Positions 51,801 through 62,933 of a stretch of 64,000 nucleotides of DNA are shown here, in pieces. Source of the DNA: Marsupella aquatica (lineage: Eukaryota > Plantae > Marchantiophyta); contig OZ316894.1 in assembly GCA_973895155.1 (NCBI GenBank), forward strand, positions 14,399,680 through 14,463,679, in the 5' to 3' direction. The position numbers and the translations under genes were made by a program. The notes below the pieces were generated by a model. The model was not told the origin of the DNA, did not search any database, and worked only from the letters and a program-made list of their open reading frames with translations. The first letter of the stretch is position 1. The number at the start of each line of letters is the position of its first letter.

Positions 51801-52106
51801 TGGCCTTACTCCCAAAGAAAAATTGCTCGCGCAGCGCTTCAAGCAGCTCTCGCAAAAAAAACTTTGGCACATTCGAATCACATCTTTTTCTTCTTTCTTC
51901 GTCTTAGAGTGAATCAGTCCTGGCCTAAAAAATTCAGCCAGTCTTAGGCTCGTGCTGATAACGTGTTGTGGGAGAAATGAGACAAAGAGTTAGTTCCATC
52001 TTTACTCTTGGTAGAATATGTACATGTGGCTACGGCCTAAGTAGTTAAGGTAGTTACATAGGTAGTTATCCCAAAGGTAGACTTAACTCAAGTATGAGTT
52101 ACAACA
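48879..52106 (-). mobile_element. Non-autonomous Copia-type (Bianca-like PBS) LTR element with 143-bp LTRs, carrying host-gene fragments
   Basis: LTRs at 48879-49021 and 51964-52106 (TGTTG...CAACA, 2 mismatches), TSD GGTAG, minus-strand PBS CGTTATCAGCACGAGCC next to the right LTR, and PPT AAGGGGGAG next to the left LTR. No gag or pol motifs seen. Confidence 0.92.
50075..50815 (-). pseudogene. BPC: Captured fragment of a group II BBR/BPC (GAGA-binding) transcription factor
   Basis: Alanine zipper EKNSAITERIVAYEERDAALLLRDVAYADRDSAMEERDAAVTAL; C-terminal [33 protein letters not shown]...[20 protein letters not shown]. Confidence 0.9.
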
Positions 52107-53737
52107 GGTAGTACATTTTACAAAGTGACTTTTGGAAGGAATGAGAGCCTTCAATTTTGACTTTTGGAAGGAATCCATAAGAGAATTCAATTCATTCATT
52201 GAGTTTCTTGTGCAATGAGATTACCACAAAATGGGATAAGCAATAAAGCTCAATAAACCTACGACAACTAGGAGAGAACAAAGGATCAGCAAAGAGATAT
52301 TTTATTTTCATTTTTAAATAATTTTACACTTTTAGAAAACATCTTTTGCAAAACATCATCTTACTTGCAAATGATATCTATTATGCAACATCTTTTCCTA
52401 AAATTACATATTTTGTGCAATGACATCTTTTGTGAATAAAATTTTCTGTGCAACGCAGAACTAGTAAAATCTAAAAGACATGTCAATTGACATTCAAATT
52501 TTGTTATGGTACAATGAATTGAAAACCAGATTATGAATACAATCAAAATCAAATATGCACATCTTAATGAATTGTTATTTTATTCATCTACAAGAACTTA
52601 ATAATGAATATATGTTTAGTATATTTTTTAGACTTGTAATTACATTTTTCTTAGTGTATGTGAAACTATTTAGGCAGAGATATGATTCACCACTCTCTGC
52701 ATCTCAAGATTGAATGGGGTATTAGGGCATCTCAAAACCAGGCAGATTCCCAACTTTTAGGCTCATCACTTTATTGCGGTGCAGATTGTATACCCTCAAA
52801 GTGTGGTTGACCGAGTTAAACCCTAAACCAATAGAAATTCATAAAATCATGATCTTGTTACTCACCCATCTCTCAATGAAGCCTTTTGTGCTAAACACTT
52901 AGAAGAAAGGGTATAACCACCGTGACAGCAAATAGTAAATAGATTTGCTGTTACCAGCAAATATTCTGCTCACTCAAATAATCTATTCTACAAGTCCGTT
53001 TGATACTTCCTATCAAGTAAGTAGCGTACTTCATCCATGGTGAGAATTGGCTGACTTGATAATGTCAACTCATGCAGATCCAACTTCAAAACATTCTTGT
53101 ACACCCGATACAAATTAATGTTAGCAAGGCATATAGGGTTTCCTGTAAGTGTGCCAACAGTAAATAGTCCTCACATGAGCAACACGGGAAACAACAAATC
53201 TGAACGCAATAAGAGGCCACCAATCCCTCATTTTCATATGTCTAGATACAATTATACTACTTCCCCATGCATTCTTGCTAGTGATATCTCTCTTGCATGC
53301 GAGTCTCATGATTTCTTTTTTGGATGCTTTGATTTTCTTGTAATGTGTTTGAGTTATAATTCACTCTTTGCAAGCACTTCCTCCCATTCTTGTAGGGCAT
53401 TGCAAAGTTGGGTCCATTAAACTGATTCACTCTTGGAAAAAATTACATCAATGCACAACTCCGACGAGGATGGTTCTATCTTCAACTCTTTCTCCACTCC
53501 CTCCTATGAATATGACTCCTAGATTGTTGTGTCAAGAATTGGATAATTGCCTTCATGTTGGTCACTCTAGCAATCAAAAGACTAGACAAAACATTTGGGA
53601 ATGTTTGAAACTTCTTTCCTCGGTCTGCTTTGTGTGACACTTGTTATTTGGCCAAAACCATATCTGATCCGAAAGAGAGGGGAGGTAATCCATCAGTTAT
53701 CAGTCACTGATATCAGTCACCCCTTTTTTTTTCTCTA

Positions 53738-54162
53738 ATCTCGGAGACCTCTCCGAGATGGCGACAGTTTTTTTGGCAATCTCGGAGAGCTCTCTGAGAT
53801 CCCTACCATTTTTTTGGCAATCTCGGAGACCTCTCCGAGATGGCAACAATTGTTTTTGGCAATCTCGGAGAGGCTCTCCGAGATCCCAACACACTTCCAG
53901 GAGTATGTTGGAGACATGGTAGTTTGTTTGCTCACCATGTCAGAGAGCCTCTCCGACATACCAATTCACTCCATTGCCATCTCGGAGAGCCTCTCCGAGA
54001 TACCAAGTCTTTTTGTTGACCATCTTGGAGAGCCTCTCCGAGATACCAAGTCACTTTGCAAACCATCTCGGAGAGCCTCTCTGAGATACCAAGTCACTTT
54101 GCAGACCATCATCGACTTTCCCATTCCATTTCTAAGACCATCTCAAAGAGCCTCTCCGACAT
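53738..54162. repeat. Cluster of about 9 ATCTCGGAGAGSCTCTCCGAGAT palindromes at roughly 41-43 bp spacing
   Basis: A perfect copy lies at 53979-54001; the others differ mainly at the CpG positions. Confidence 0.9.
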
Positions 54163-54285
54163 ACAAATACAAAAAATTTGCAAGTGATACACATCACATT
54201 CACTTTTCATATATATTATAATGTGTACACAGCAACACTTCATCATTGCTACCTTCTCTAAAGCTAACCCCTGTTGGCCACTACT

Positions 54286-55073
54286 TTATTCTGTTATCTG
54301 ATATGTGCACAGGTCATAAATAATCTTCTTTCGCAAGTTTCCTACCTGGCTGCCATCAAAATCCATAGGAGCATCTCGACTTATGCGCTCTGCATAGTTA
54401 AGGATAAATACCCCACAATTTACACTATCTTCTTGTGATGCAAGGCCTGACACTAAAGTTCTAGGCCAGTTGTTTGCATCTGGTGAGGGCATGCCTCTTT
54501 GACTTGCTTCATCCTCGACATACCTTGTTAGAGTATACATGAGATACTCATTTCGAGCCTCCCAAAAGTTTCCTGATTTCTCCCAAGCGAATCTAGGAAC
54601 AACACCTCTTTTCCAGTTAAATCAATCACTGCCAACACCCAATGCTCCCTGTTTGCCTGGTGGATAGGGACCAATATCCTGTCATAATCAAATATGTTTT
54701 CTGTTTTGGTCCATCGAGCAACATTGGCAAAACAGTATACGGGCGTTGAGAGCAACGTGTAGAATGCTGTGATGAAAAATGCACACTTTGGATAGCCTCT
54801 TGATCTCCCCCTAAACTGCAACAAGGCCAAGTATGCATCGATGATATCTGAATGTAGCCATTGAGCTCCTGTTCTTCCTTCAGACAAGCATCTCATTGAC
54901 GCCCTGGTCAACTTGTAATCTACAAAGTTGAATAGTACTTCCTTGTCTGGGAGCTCTGTGGATAGACATGTGGATACTATGTCGGAAAAGTCTTGAGAGC
55001 AGACTACTTCAGCAAATAACCCAGGTATCTGGGTATTCCCACCACGTGCTGGATAGGATTGAACAGCATGGCA
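54286..55073 (-). pseudogene. Ulp1/SENP-type cysteine protease domain (Peptidase C48), one frameshift
   Basis: WLHSDIIDAYL, FFITAFY, VARWTK..NIFDYDRILVPIH, EHWVLAVID, FLDSLG, QEDSVNCGVF (His-Asp-Cys triad present). Confidence 0.93.
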
Positions 55074-56140
55074 TTAGGCATCATCTTCATCTGAGCTATA
55101 GGTCACAAAAGAAGGGTGAGCTATCTTATCACTATCACTGCTGACACTCTCACTTTCATTGTAGTCTACCTCTACTGCTCTATCATCTACAAATCTTGAT
55201 TTTCGCCTCTTTGTGTACTTCTCAGCTACACCCTTGAGCCGTTTGAAGGGGCGTGAATCAACAATCCCTTCTGCGTAAGTTGGAAGGCAAAATCTTTCTG
55301 GAGAGAAAGTTTTTGATGCTTCCTCCCATGCTTCACGGACTTTGTCCTTGTCCGATGTGTGCCATTGTTCGGACTCGATGTTCCTGTAGTGAACTGCCTA
55401 TTGGTTAAGTAGACAGTTTAAGGTAATACCATAATAATGTGGAACTTCACATTTTTATTTATCCTCACCATGGCACAATGTAAATTGCAAACTAACAACA
55501 AATGGGTTCTTGGATTCAACGTTTACTCACAATCCTGAGCATTCCCACCCTTGCCTTCTGCGGCATCCTCCTCTGAATCAGACTCAAGGACAAGCTTCTT
55601 CCACCCTTCAGGCTTCTTAGTCTCCTTGGCCTCCTCCTTCTTACTCTCCTTGCCCTCCGCCTTGGTCTGATTGCCCTGCTGTGTTGAAAGGAGTTTTGAC
55701 ACCACCGAAGCTGCTGACTCACCAAAGTAGTCATGCGCTTCCATCCCAAATACTAGTCGCCCACAATTATTGGCAGCTTTGTAGATAGCACCAAAGTGGA
55801 CATTCCAAGAAAATATGATATCGCCGGGACTGGTGATGTGCTCTATGATGCATTGCAAGGTTGCAGGCGATAAGGTTCCGGCCAATTCATCTCTCATTGC
55901 ATCATCTTCCTTTGTAAAATTGGATAGAGCATTGCTCTTTCTTGGGCACAAATCACCAGTAATTTGCTTCATATGTACCTTTGGGAGGGTCACCTCTGTA
56001 CCCTTCATGGCGAATATATCCAAATGCAGATATTGAGCCTGTCACATCATGCAAAATAGATTTGCACTTGTTAGCAACACTGGCAACACTAATTGCTAAA
56101 CTAATCCGACATCGGTCCTACCTCTCTAAACCCTAAAAAT

Positions 56141-56878
56141 CCTACCTATCTCAGAGAGGCTCTCCGAGATCCATGCTACCTATCTCAGAGAGGCTCTCCA
56201 AGATGGATCCTACCTATCTCAGAGAGGCTCTCCGAGATCCATGCTACCTATCTTAGAGAGGCTCTCCAAGATGGATCCTACCTATCTCAGAAAGGCTCTC
56301 TGAGATCCATGCTACCTATCTCAGAGAGGCTCTCCTAGATCCATGCTACCTATCGCAGAGAGGCTCTCCAAGATGGATCCTACCTATCTCAGAGAGGCTC
56401 TCCGAGATCCATGCTACCTATCTCAGAGAGGCTCTCCGAGATCCATGCTACCTATCTCAGAGAGGCTCTCTGAGATCCATGCTACCTATCTCAGATAGGC
56501 TCTCCGAGATCCTACCTATCTCAGATAGGCTCTCCGAGATCCTACCTATCTCAGAGAGGCTCTCCTAGATCCATGCTACCTATCTCAGAGAGGCTCTCCA
56601 AGATGGATCCTACCTATCTCAGAGAGGCTCTCCGAGATCCATGCTACCTATCTCAGAGAGGCTCTCCGAGATGGATCCTACCTATCTCAGAGAGGCTCTC
56701 CGAGATCCATGCTACCTAACTCAGAGAGGCTCTCCGAGATGGATCCTACCTATCTCAGAGAGGCTCTCCAAGATGGATCCTACCTATCTCAGAGAGGCTC
56801 TCCGAGATCCATGCTACCTATCTCAGAGAGGCTCTCCGAGATGGATCCTACCTATCTCAGAGAGCCTCTCCGAGATCA
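56141..56878. repeat. Intronic tandem array of about 22 units of 34 bp built on the palindrome (ctacctatctcagagaggctctccgagatccatg / ...aagatggatc)
   Basis: Directly visible. It lies in the intron that splits the MTase-like domain of copy B (56999-56039). Confidence 0.95.
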
Positions 56879-59365
56879 ATGTTACCCATAAGGGAGAGGG
56901 TGTCCGACATCGTAATTGCGGACATATTTTTCAACTATCTCGGAGAGCCTCTCCGAGATGACTTCTATTGAAATGCCAAAATTGAAGTGAACTTCTAACT
57001 TTTTTGCTTGACGCCATGTAGCAAGGTGTGTCATTCCAAATGGTGAATGAGTCAATGTGATCCAACTTCTCAGCCCAGTCAATGTGAAGGTACTCAAAGA
57101 TTGAGCGTGTGTGGGCAAATGAACCACTGTGCACAATGCACAAGAAACCGTCGTTTGTGAGTAGAGAGTCTGCCAATGTCGTTGCCACTTCTAGGTCACT
57201 GAGCCGAAATCTATTCCACACCGGAACATTATTTTCAGCCTGCGCTATGCGATAATCTGTCCCTAGCTGAACAAAGATCATATCACAACCATGGCCCTTA
57301 GGTACACCATCAACTATCCAACCTTGTTTTCACAAGCCAGCCAACTTCAATTTCTTACACCAGTCCCGGAATTCCCTCATGAATGGAGGGAGAGGCAACT
57401 TTCCCGTGGTTGGCTGATATTTGTCCTTCAGCCAAGAAGAACACTCTAGTAAGGTCATATGCTCTTTTGCATGGCAAAATTGCAGGGCAGATGTAATAGC
57501 ATGAGAGGGCCGAGGTACTCCAAGAATTTTGCAAAGATCATCCTCCGGAATTTCTGGGGCTTCTGTTGAAACTGGCTTCTTTGTGGGTTCGTCTATCCTC
57601 TTGTCGGCTTTCTTCTTTGGCCGACTGGTTGGCTTACCAGAGATTTGTGGTTTGCTTGGGGTCCCACTCGGGGTCCCGCTTGGGGTTGAAAGGTCAGGCT
57701 CCTCCTCCTCCTCATGGCCCTCTGAATTGTCCCCGGTGGCCATCCCATCCTCCTCTCCATTGTCCCACTCGCCGCTTTCTCATCCTCCTCTCCATTTCCC
57801 CACTCACCGCTTTCTCATCCTCCTCTCCATTGTCCCCGGTCTTTCTTGGCTCCATCTTCTCATCCATCGGACGACATTTGCTTGAGGTAGACCCTGGGGT
57901 TCCAAACTTTTCCTTACTTTTTTCTGCAGAACAAAGTAAGGAGTTTAGTTATCATTTTACAATGATACTATCTCGGAGAGGCTCTCAAACATATGTTAGA
58001 TGTACAATGCAAGCTAGGGTGTAAACCTTACCAGGAGTGCCTTGTTCTGAGGTGGTGTCTTCTGATTCCTTTTCTTTCTTCCCCCGAACCTTCTTCCCAT
58101 CATATTTTGGCTCTCCAAGAGGCAAAATGGCCTCCAAGTCCAATGCAACCTTTGTCGACAGCTCAAGATCTCCCAACTTTGAAGGTGCAAAAAGGTTGTC
58201 TGGTAGTTTCCCCTCCTTTAGGAGGTTGGCAGCTTCCTTCTCTTCGGGCGTAATGAACTCATTCCAATCATTGAACTCCATGAACCATGGACAATTTTGT
58301 CTCTCCCAGTCTGAAAAGACTCTTGCTGCTGGCTTCAGCCCATCTGTTGGATACATTGACAGCGGGCCTTTCTCCGTCATCCATGCAGTCAGAGCACTTG
58401 GTAACACTTTGAAAGTAGAGGCTCCAATGCTCTCCTGATGAAGTAAATATCTGACCACACACCTCTTTGCACGCTTCCTCCACACATCTTTGCTTTGCTT
58501 TGCTGGATTCCACATCTTCTTGCCCTCCTCATAGGACCGAGTCTGTACAAATTGCTTGTACATCTTGTTGTGAAACTCAACAAACTCGTCTTTGCTTCCA
58601 TTGAAGTTCTGCCACTCACCAGAATCATATGCACTCTTGGTAAACTCTGACATTATCAAACTGCCAACATGGGCAATGTAACACCACATTGACCACACTA
58701 GCAACCAAGCTCTCACTGCTGAATCACCATATACATCTGGATGGTGGTGTCGCTTCTTCTCCTCCGCGGTTGAAAAATGAACGCGGAGTAACTTGTTTCG
58801 ACACTCAGCAGGCATCACCGCACTTGCAAACAATTTAACTCGATCCAACCCCACTTGCACTTATGGCTGATCTTTCTGTTTACTCTGCAACTGGTGCAGC
58901 TCCTCGGCAATCTCCATAAACTCCTCTCCATTGCTGGATTGACAATCTGAGCAAACTTCTGCATTTTGCCCTCCCAAGACCTACAAGCTTCACTCGTCAT
59001 GAGTGCGGTTTCCTTTTGGAACTTATCCAAACTCCAGGCATGGCCAATTGCAACATCGGCTGCCATCTCCTTCGCAAGACGAATCCTCCCGTCTTCAATA
59101 TTATTCCACGACATGATGTACACAGCAACATCCTTTGTCATGCACTTGCTATACCATGTCTTTCCATGCCCATGGCTTCTTGCTGCTAAGAATCTAGCAT
59201 AACCATCCGGATGAAGCAATGTCTGATACTCCTCCAAAGGTGCCATCAACAGCTTCTTCACCCTGTCTGCATCGGTCAACCAAGATGTCTGCACAACGTT
59301 TGCGCTTATCCTGCATAAAGAAGCGACAAATGTTGGCGTCAAAGGCTTCATACCTGAAAATTACA

Positions 59366-59570
59366 TCTCTCTTGGAGATGCTCTCCGAGAAGGCATGGAC
59401 ATCTCGGAGAGGCTCTCTGAGAAGGCATCGCTCTCCAAGAAGGCACTGATATCTCGGAGAGGCTCTCCGAGAAGGGAAGGTTTATCTCGAAGAGCCTCTC
59501 CGAGGTAGCATTTTGAGAGCCAAACATTGTATGTGTGTATGTATCTATCTCGGAGAGCCTCTCCGAGATA
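59366..59570. repeat. About 5 palindrome copies inside intron 1 of copy B
   Basis: For example atctcggagaggctctccgaga at 59451 and atctcggagagcctctccgagat near 59547. Confidence 0.88.
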
Positions 59571-60339
59571 GGATTGCCTATGTGGGTGCAAAAAAACAAC
59601 AAATGCAAGAACAACCAAAAACCAAGGGGGCGGAAACTTACGCGTTGAGGCCGTGCATTGCCTGCTCAATCTTCCTGAATCCTTGTTTTCTAGGCTGTAG
59701 AAGAGAGAATCTCACGCAAGGGTGGTACTTCTGCTCGTCAGGATACTCTTCAGCCACTTGTCTCCATGCATTCAGGCGATGATTTCCATCAAACACCCAA
59801 AACATCTTACCCTTCAAAACGTGAAACTCCTCGTACTCATCACACTCCATCTCAAATTTTGCGTTAGCTTGTTCCCATAGAGGGTCCCAATCCGCGGAAA
59901 ATTCAAACATGGAGTGGGTGGCGTTATGCGCATTGGTCTCTGATATGTGGAATTCCAAAAACTTGTCCACATACCCATTCTTCACGAAGTCCTTCTTCAT
60001 CTTCAGAATGGAGCTCTGTTGGAGAGTCCGAACTGCCTCCATTGTCATCAACGACATAGTGGAATCCGAGGTGGCTCTCTGGGCTTCCCACTTGGTTCAG
60101 CTCCAAATGAAAGCAAGTACTCCCCAACAATCCCTTCGAATGCACCTTTGTTCAGACGTTCAGCAGACACATTTTCAAAGTTCAGAACCTTCGGCTCCAG
60201 CTTCTTCACTGTGTGAGTTTCCCGACCACTGGCGGTGCTCTCTGCTATCTTTGATCTGGTCTGCCGACCAGACGATGAAGGAGAGGGAGTGGGTTGCTTC
60301 CTCTTCCCTGTCATTTTCAAATCTCACCAACTACTGAAT

Positions 60340-60740
60340 TGCACGAGCACAACTTGCACAACACTTGCACCACCCACAGCTCAGTCGCAGCAAGCTCAAT
60401 CACACCGCTCGCACAGCACTCGCACTCGCACCGCCACAGCTCACCGCACTCAATCGCACCGCCACAGCTCAGTCGCAGCAAGCTCAATCACTGGCAGTGG
60501 CACAACACTCAATCACACTGCTCGCACAACACTCGCACTCGACCGCCATAGCTCACCACACTCAATCGCACCGCTTCCAGCACTCGCACCACCACAACTC
60601 AGTCGCAGCAAGCTCAATCGCACCACTTGCACAGCACTCAATCGCACCGCACAACTACTCGCACTCACAATCGCACTCAATCGCACCGCACTCACAATCG
60701 CACTGCTTCCAGCACTCGCACCACCACAGCTCATAGCACA
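60340..60740. repeat. Imperfect short repeats (cactcaatcgcaccgc; cagctcagtcgcagcaagctcaatc) upstream of copy B
   Basis: Repeated C/A-rich words. The overlapping ORFs here are low-complexity artefacts. Confidence 0.75.
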
Positions 60741-61365
60741 CAGAGCGCGGAGAGGGAAAGATCACAAAGCAACTTACGCTCTCCAAGAAATATGAGGTAA
60801 ATTGCATCCGCACTCGCACTCGCTCGGCCTCAATTGCTCGCCTTTCAAATGAGGAAAGGCGAGAGATGGCGGGGACTCACCAAAGTAGTCATCATCATTA
60901 TTAGGCAACGGAAGATCTAGGGGCATCACAACTGACTTCACTATCGCCGTCATGCAGGTTGAGTCCCATCCAAACAACGGGAGATCTATGGGACCACTCA
61001 TTGATTACAAGTGGTAGGGGCCACGGGAGGAAGTTGACATGTTAGTAGTTTATTGGCTTATATGTTGTCGTACTCTGATAATGATGAATGGCTAGATTTG
61101 ACTCATGTCAGAGTCGCAACACTGAAGTACCTGTACAGATGCTTTCATTATTACTACCCCTTCACGCCATAATGTCCTTGGTACGATTGATTCCAGACCA
61201 GATAAGATTTCCTATCATTCCTTGGTATTAATGAGTACGATCGTTGAATGACTGGATTTAATTCCAAAAAATATTCAGTACTTGCACGACATGTCAGGCC
61301 AGTCTCAAGTTCCAGATTGTCTCCGAGATATGTCACGCCCCCATGTCAGATAAGCTCTCCACTCT

Positions 61366-61672
61366 GACATGTAAAGTGGGGACGTAAGTCGGAGAGGCTC
61401 TCCAAGATGACATGTAAAGTGGGGACGTAAGTCGGAGAGCCTCTCCGAGATGACATGTAAAGTGGGGACGTAAGTTGAAGAGGCTCTCCGAGTTGACATG
61501 TAAAGTGGGGACGTAAGTCGGAGAGGCTCTCCGAGATGACATGTAAAGTGGGGACGTAAGTCGGAGAGGCTCTCCGAGTTGACATGTAAAGTGGGGACGT
61601 AAGTCGGAGAGGCTCTTCGAGATGACATGTAAAGTGGGGACATAAGTCGGAGAGGCTCTTCGAGATGACATG
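61366..61672. repeat. Tandem array of 7 units of 43 bp, each with one palindrome
   Basis: gacatgtaaagtggggacgtaagtcggagaggctctccgagat starts at 61366, 61409, 61452, 61495, 61538, 61581 and 61624. Confidence 0.95.
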
Positions 61673-61824
61673 TCATGGAGGACCCATGTCAGAGCCTCTC
61701 CAAAATTGAATATTACACAAGATCAGACCTTGGAGAGGCTCTCCGAGATGACATATCAGGTTGGTGATAACTTTGGAGAGCCTCTCTAACAAATATTGGG
61801 CCTAATCCTTGCTACACACCTAAA

Positions 61825-62477
61825 GATGGCATCTCGGAGAGCCTCTCCAACATCCCTAAACCCTTCATACCTGCGCAAGATGGTATCTCGGAGAGCCTCT
61901 CCAACATGGGTCAAGGCTACATACCTCCGCAAGATGGCATCTCGGAGAGCCTCTCCAAGATGAAACTTGGTGAGATCCGGTGCAAGATCTAATCTCGGAG
62001 AGCCTCTCCAAGATGGGTCGAGGCCTCATACCTGCGTAAGATGGCATGTCGGAGAGCCTCTCCAAGATGAAACTTGGTGAGATCCGGTGCAAGATCTAAT
62101 CTCGGAGAGCCTCTCCAAGATGGGTAGAGGCCTCATACCTCCGCAAGATGGCATGTCAAAGAGCCTCTCCAAGATGAAACTTGGTGAGATCCGGTGCAAG
62201 ATCTAATCTCGGAGAGCCTCTCCAAGATGGGTTGAGGCCTCATACCTGCGCAAGATGGCATGTCGGAGAGCCTCTCCAAGATGAAACTTGGTGAGATCCG
62301 GTGCAAGATCTAATCTCGGAGAGCCTCTCCAAGATGGGTTGAGGCCTCATACCTGCGCAAGATGGCATGTCGGAGAGCCTCTCCAAGATGAAACTTGGTG
62401 AGATCCGGTGCAAGATCTAATCTCAGAGAGCCTCTCTAACATGGGTCGAGGCTTCCAAATGGCATCTGAGAGAGCCT
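61825..62477. repeat. Tandem array of about 5 units of 107 bp, each with two palindromes
   Basis: gaaacttggtgagatccggtgcaagatctaatctcggagagcctctccaag recurs at 61962, 62069, 62176, 62283 and 62390. Confidence 0.93.
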
Positions 62478-62544
62478 AATGGACACCCTAAACTTGCTGT
62501 CAAAGGTTCTTGGATGTTGGTCCAATAAACTTAGTCACTGTCAA

Positions 62545-62836
62545 TAACAGTTTTCACGCTCACAAGGGTGCGTTGTCAAGAAGGATTCTTACATATTCAA
62601 CGAGGGAAGAATATTGTAACAATTTTTACGCTCAGTCTGGGCGATAAGGTACTCTGACAAAACAATCTTGACATATTCAACAAAGAAAGAAGCGAGTCTA
62701 ACAATTTTTACGCTCTGTCTAGGCGGTAAGGTACTCTGACAAAACAATCTTGACATTCAACAAAGAAAGAAGCGAGTGTAACAGGTTTTACGCTCGGTCT
62801 GGGCGATACGGTACTCTGACAAAACAATCTTCACAT
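62545..62836. repeat. Tandem repeat of about 80 bp (3-4 copies) upstream of copy C
   Basis: aaca.ttttacgctc.gtct.ggcg.ta.ggtactctgacaaaacaatcttgaca..ttcaacaaagaaagaagcgagt is repeated. Confidence 0.85.
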
Positions 62837-62933
62837 ATTAGTATACACCCATCGCGTCACTCGATCGACTACGTCCCTGTCGACTTCCGAAGCTGAATCT
62901 GCATAGCCCTTCCCGAGGTCGAGGAGAGGGAGA

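Larger units (their letters stand above)
54286..60314 (-). pseudogene. ParB/Srx-like + degenerate N4/N6 MTase-fold (+ Ulp1) gene, copy B
   Basis: Exon 1 60314-59642 (PPRIPLCR..VRTLQ..VFDGNHRLNAW); exon 2 59310-58032; exon 3 57923-57000 (CDMIFVQLGTDY, LLTNDGFLCIVH); exon 4 56038 to about 55527 (LQCIIEHITSPGDIIFSWNVHFGAIYKAANNCGRLVFGME); exon 5 from about 55397, in frame with Ulp1 apart from one TAA at 55074-55076. Confidence 0.78.

Noticed and set aside
50075-54162. Functional link between the captured GAGA-binding fragment and the nearby GGAGAG palindromes
   Set aside because: The BPC piece sits in an independent, younger insertion and lacks part of its DNA-binding domain; the proximity is probably coincidence.
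56141-56878. CRISPR-like look of regularly spaced palindromic repeats (also 61366-62477)
   Set aside because: The sequences between palindromes are themselves repeated rather than unique spacers, no cas genes are present, and the context is a eukaryotic intron or flank.
61305-61676. Repetitive ORFs (HLGEPLRL / SRRASP / ISESLSE), also at 53.7-54.2, 56.6-57.0 and 59.3-59.7 kb
   Set aside because: They are translations of the palindrome arrays, open in several frames on both strands.
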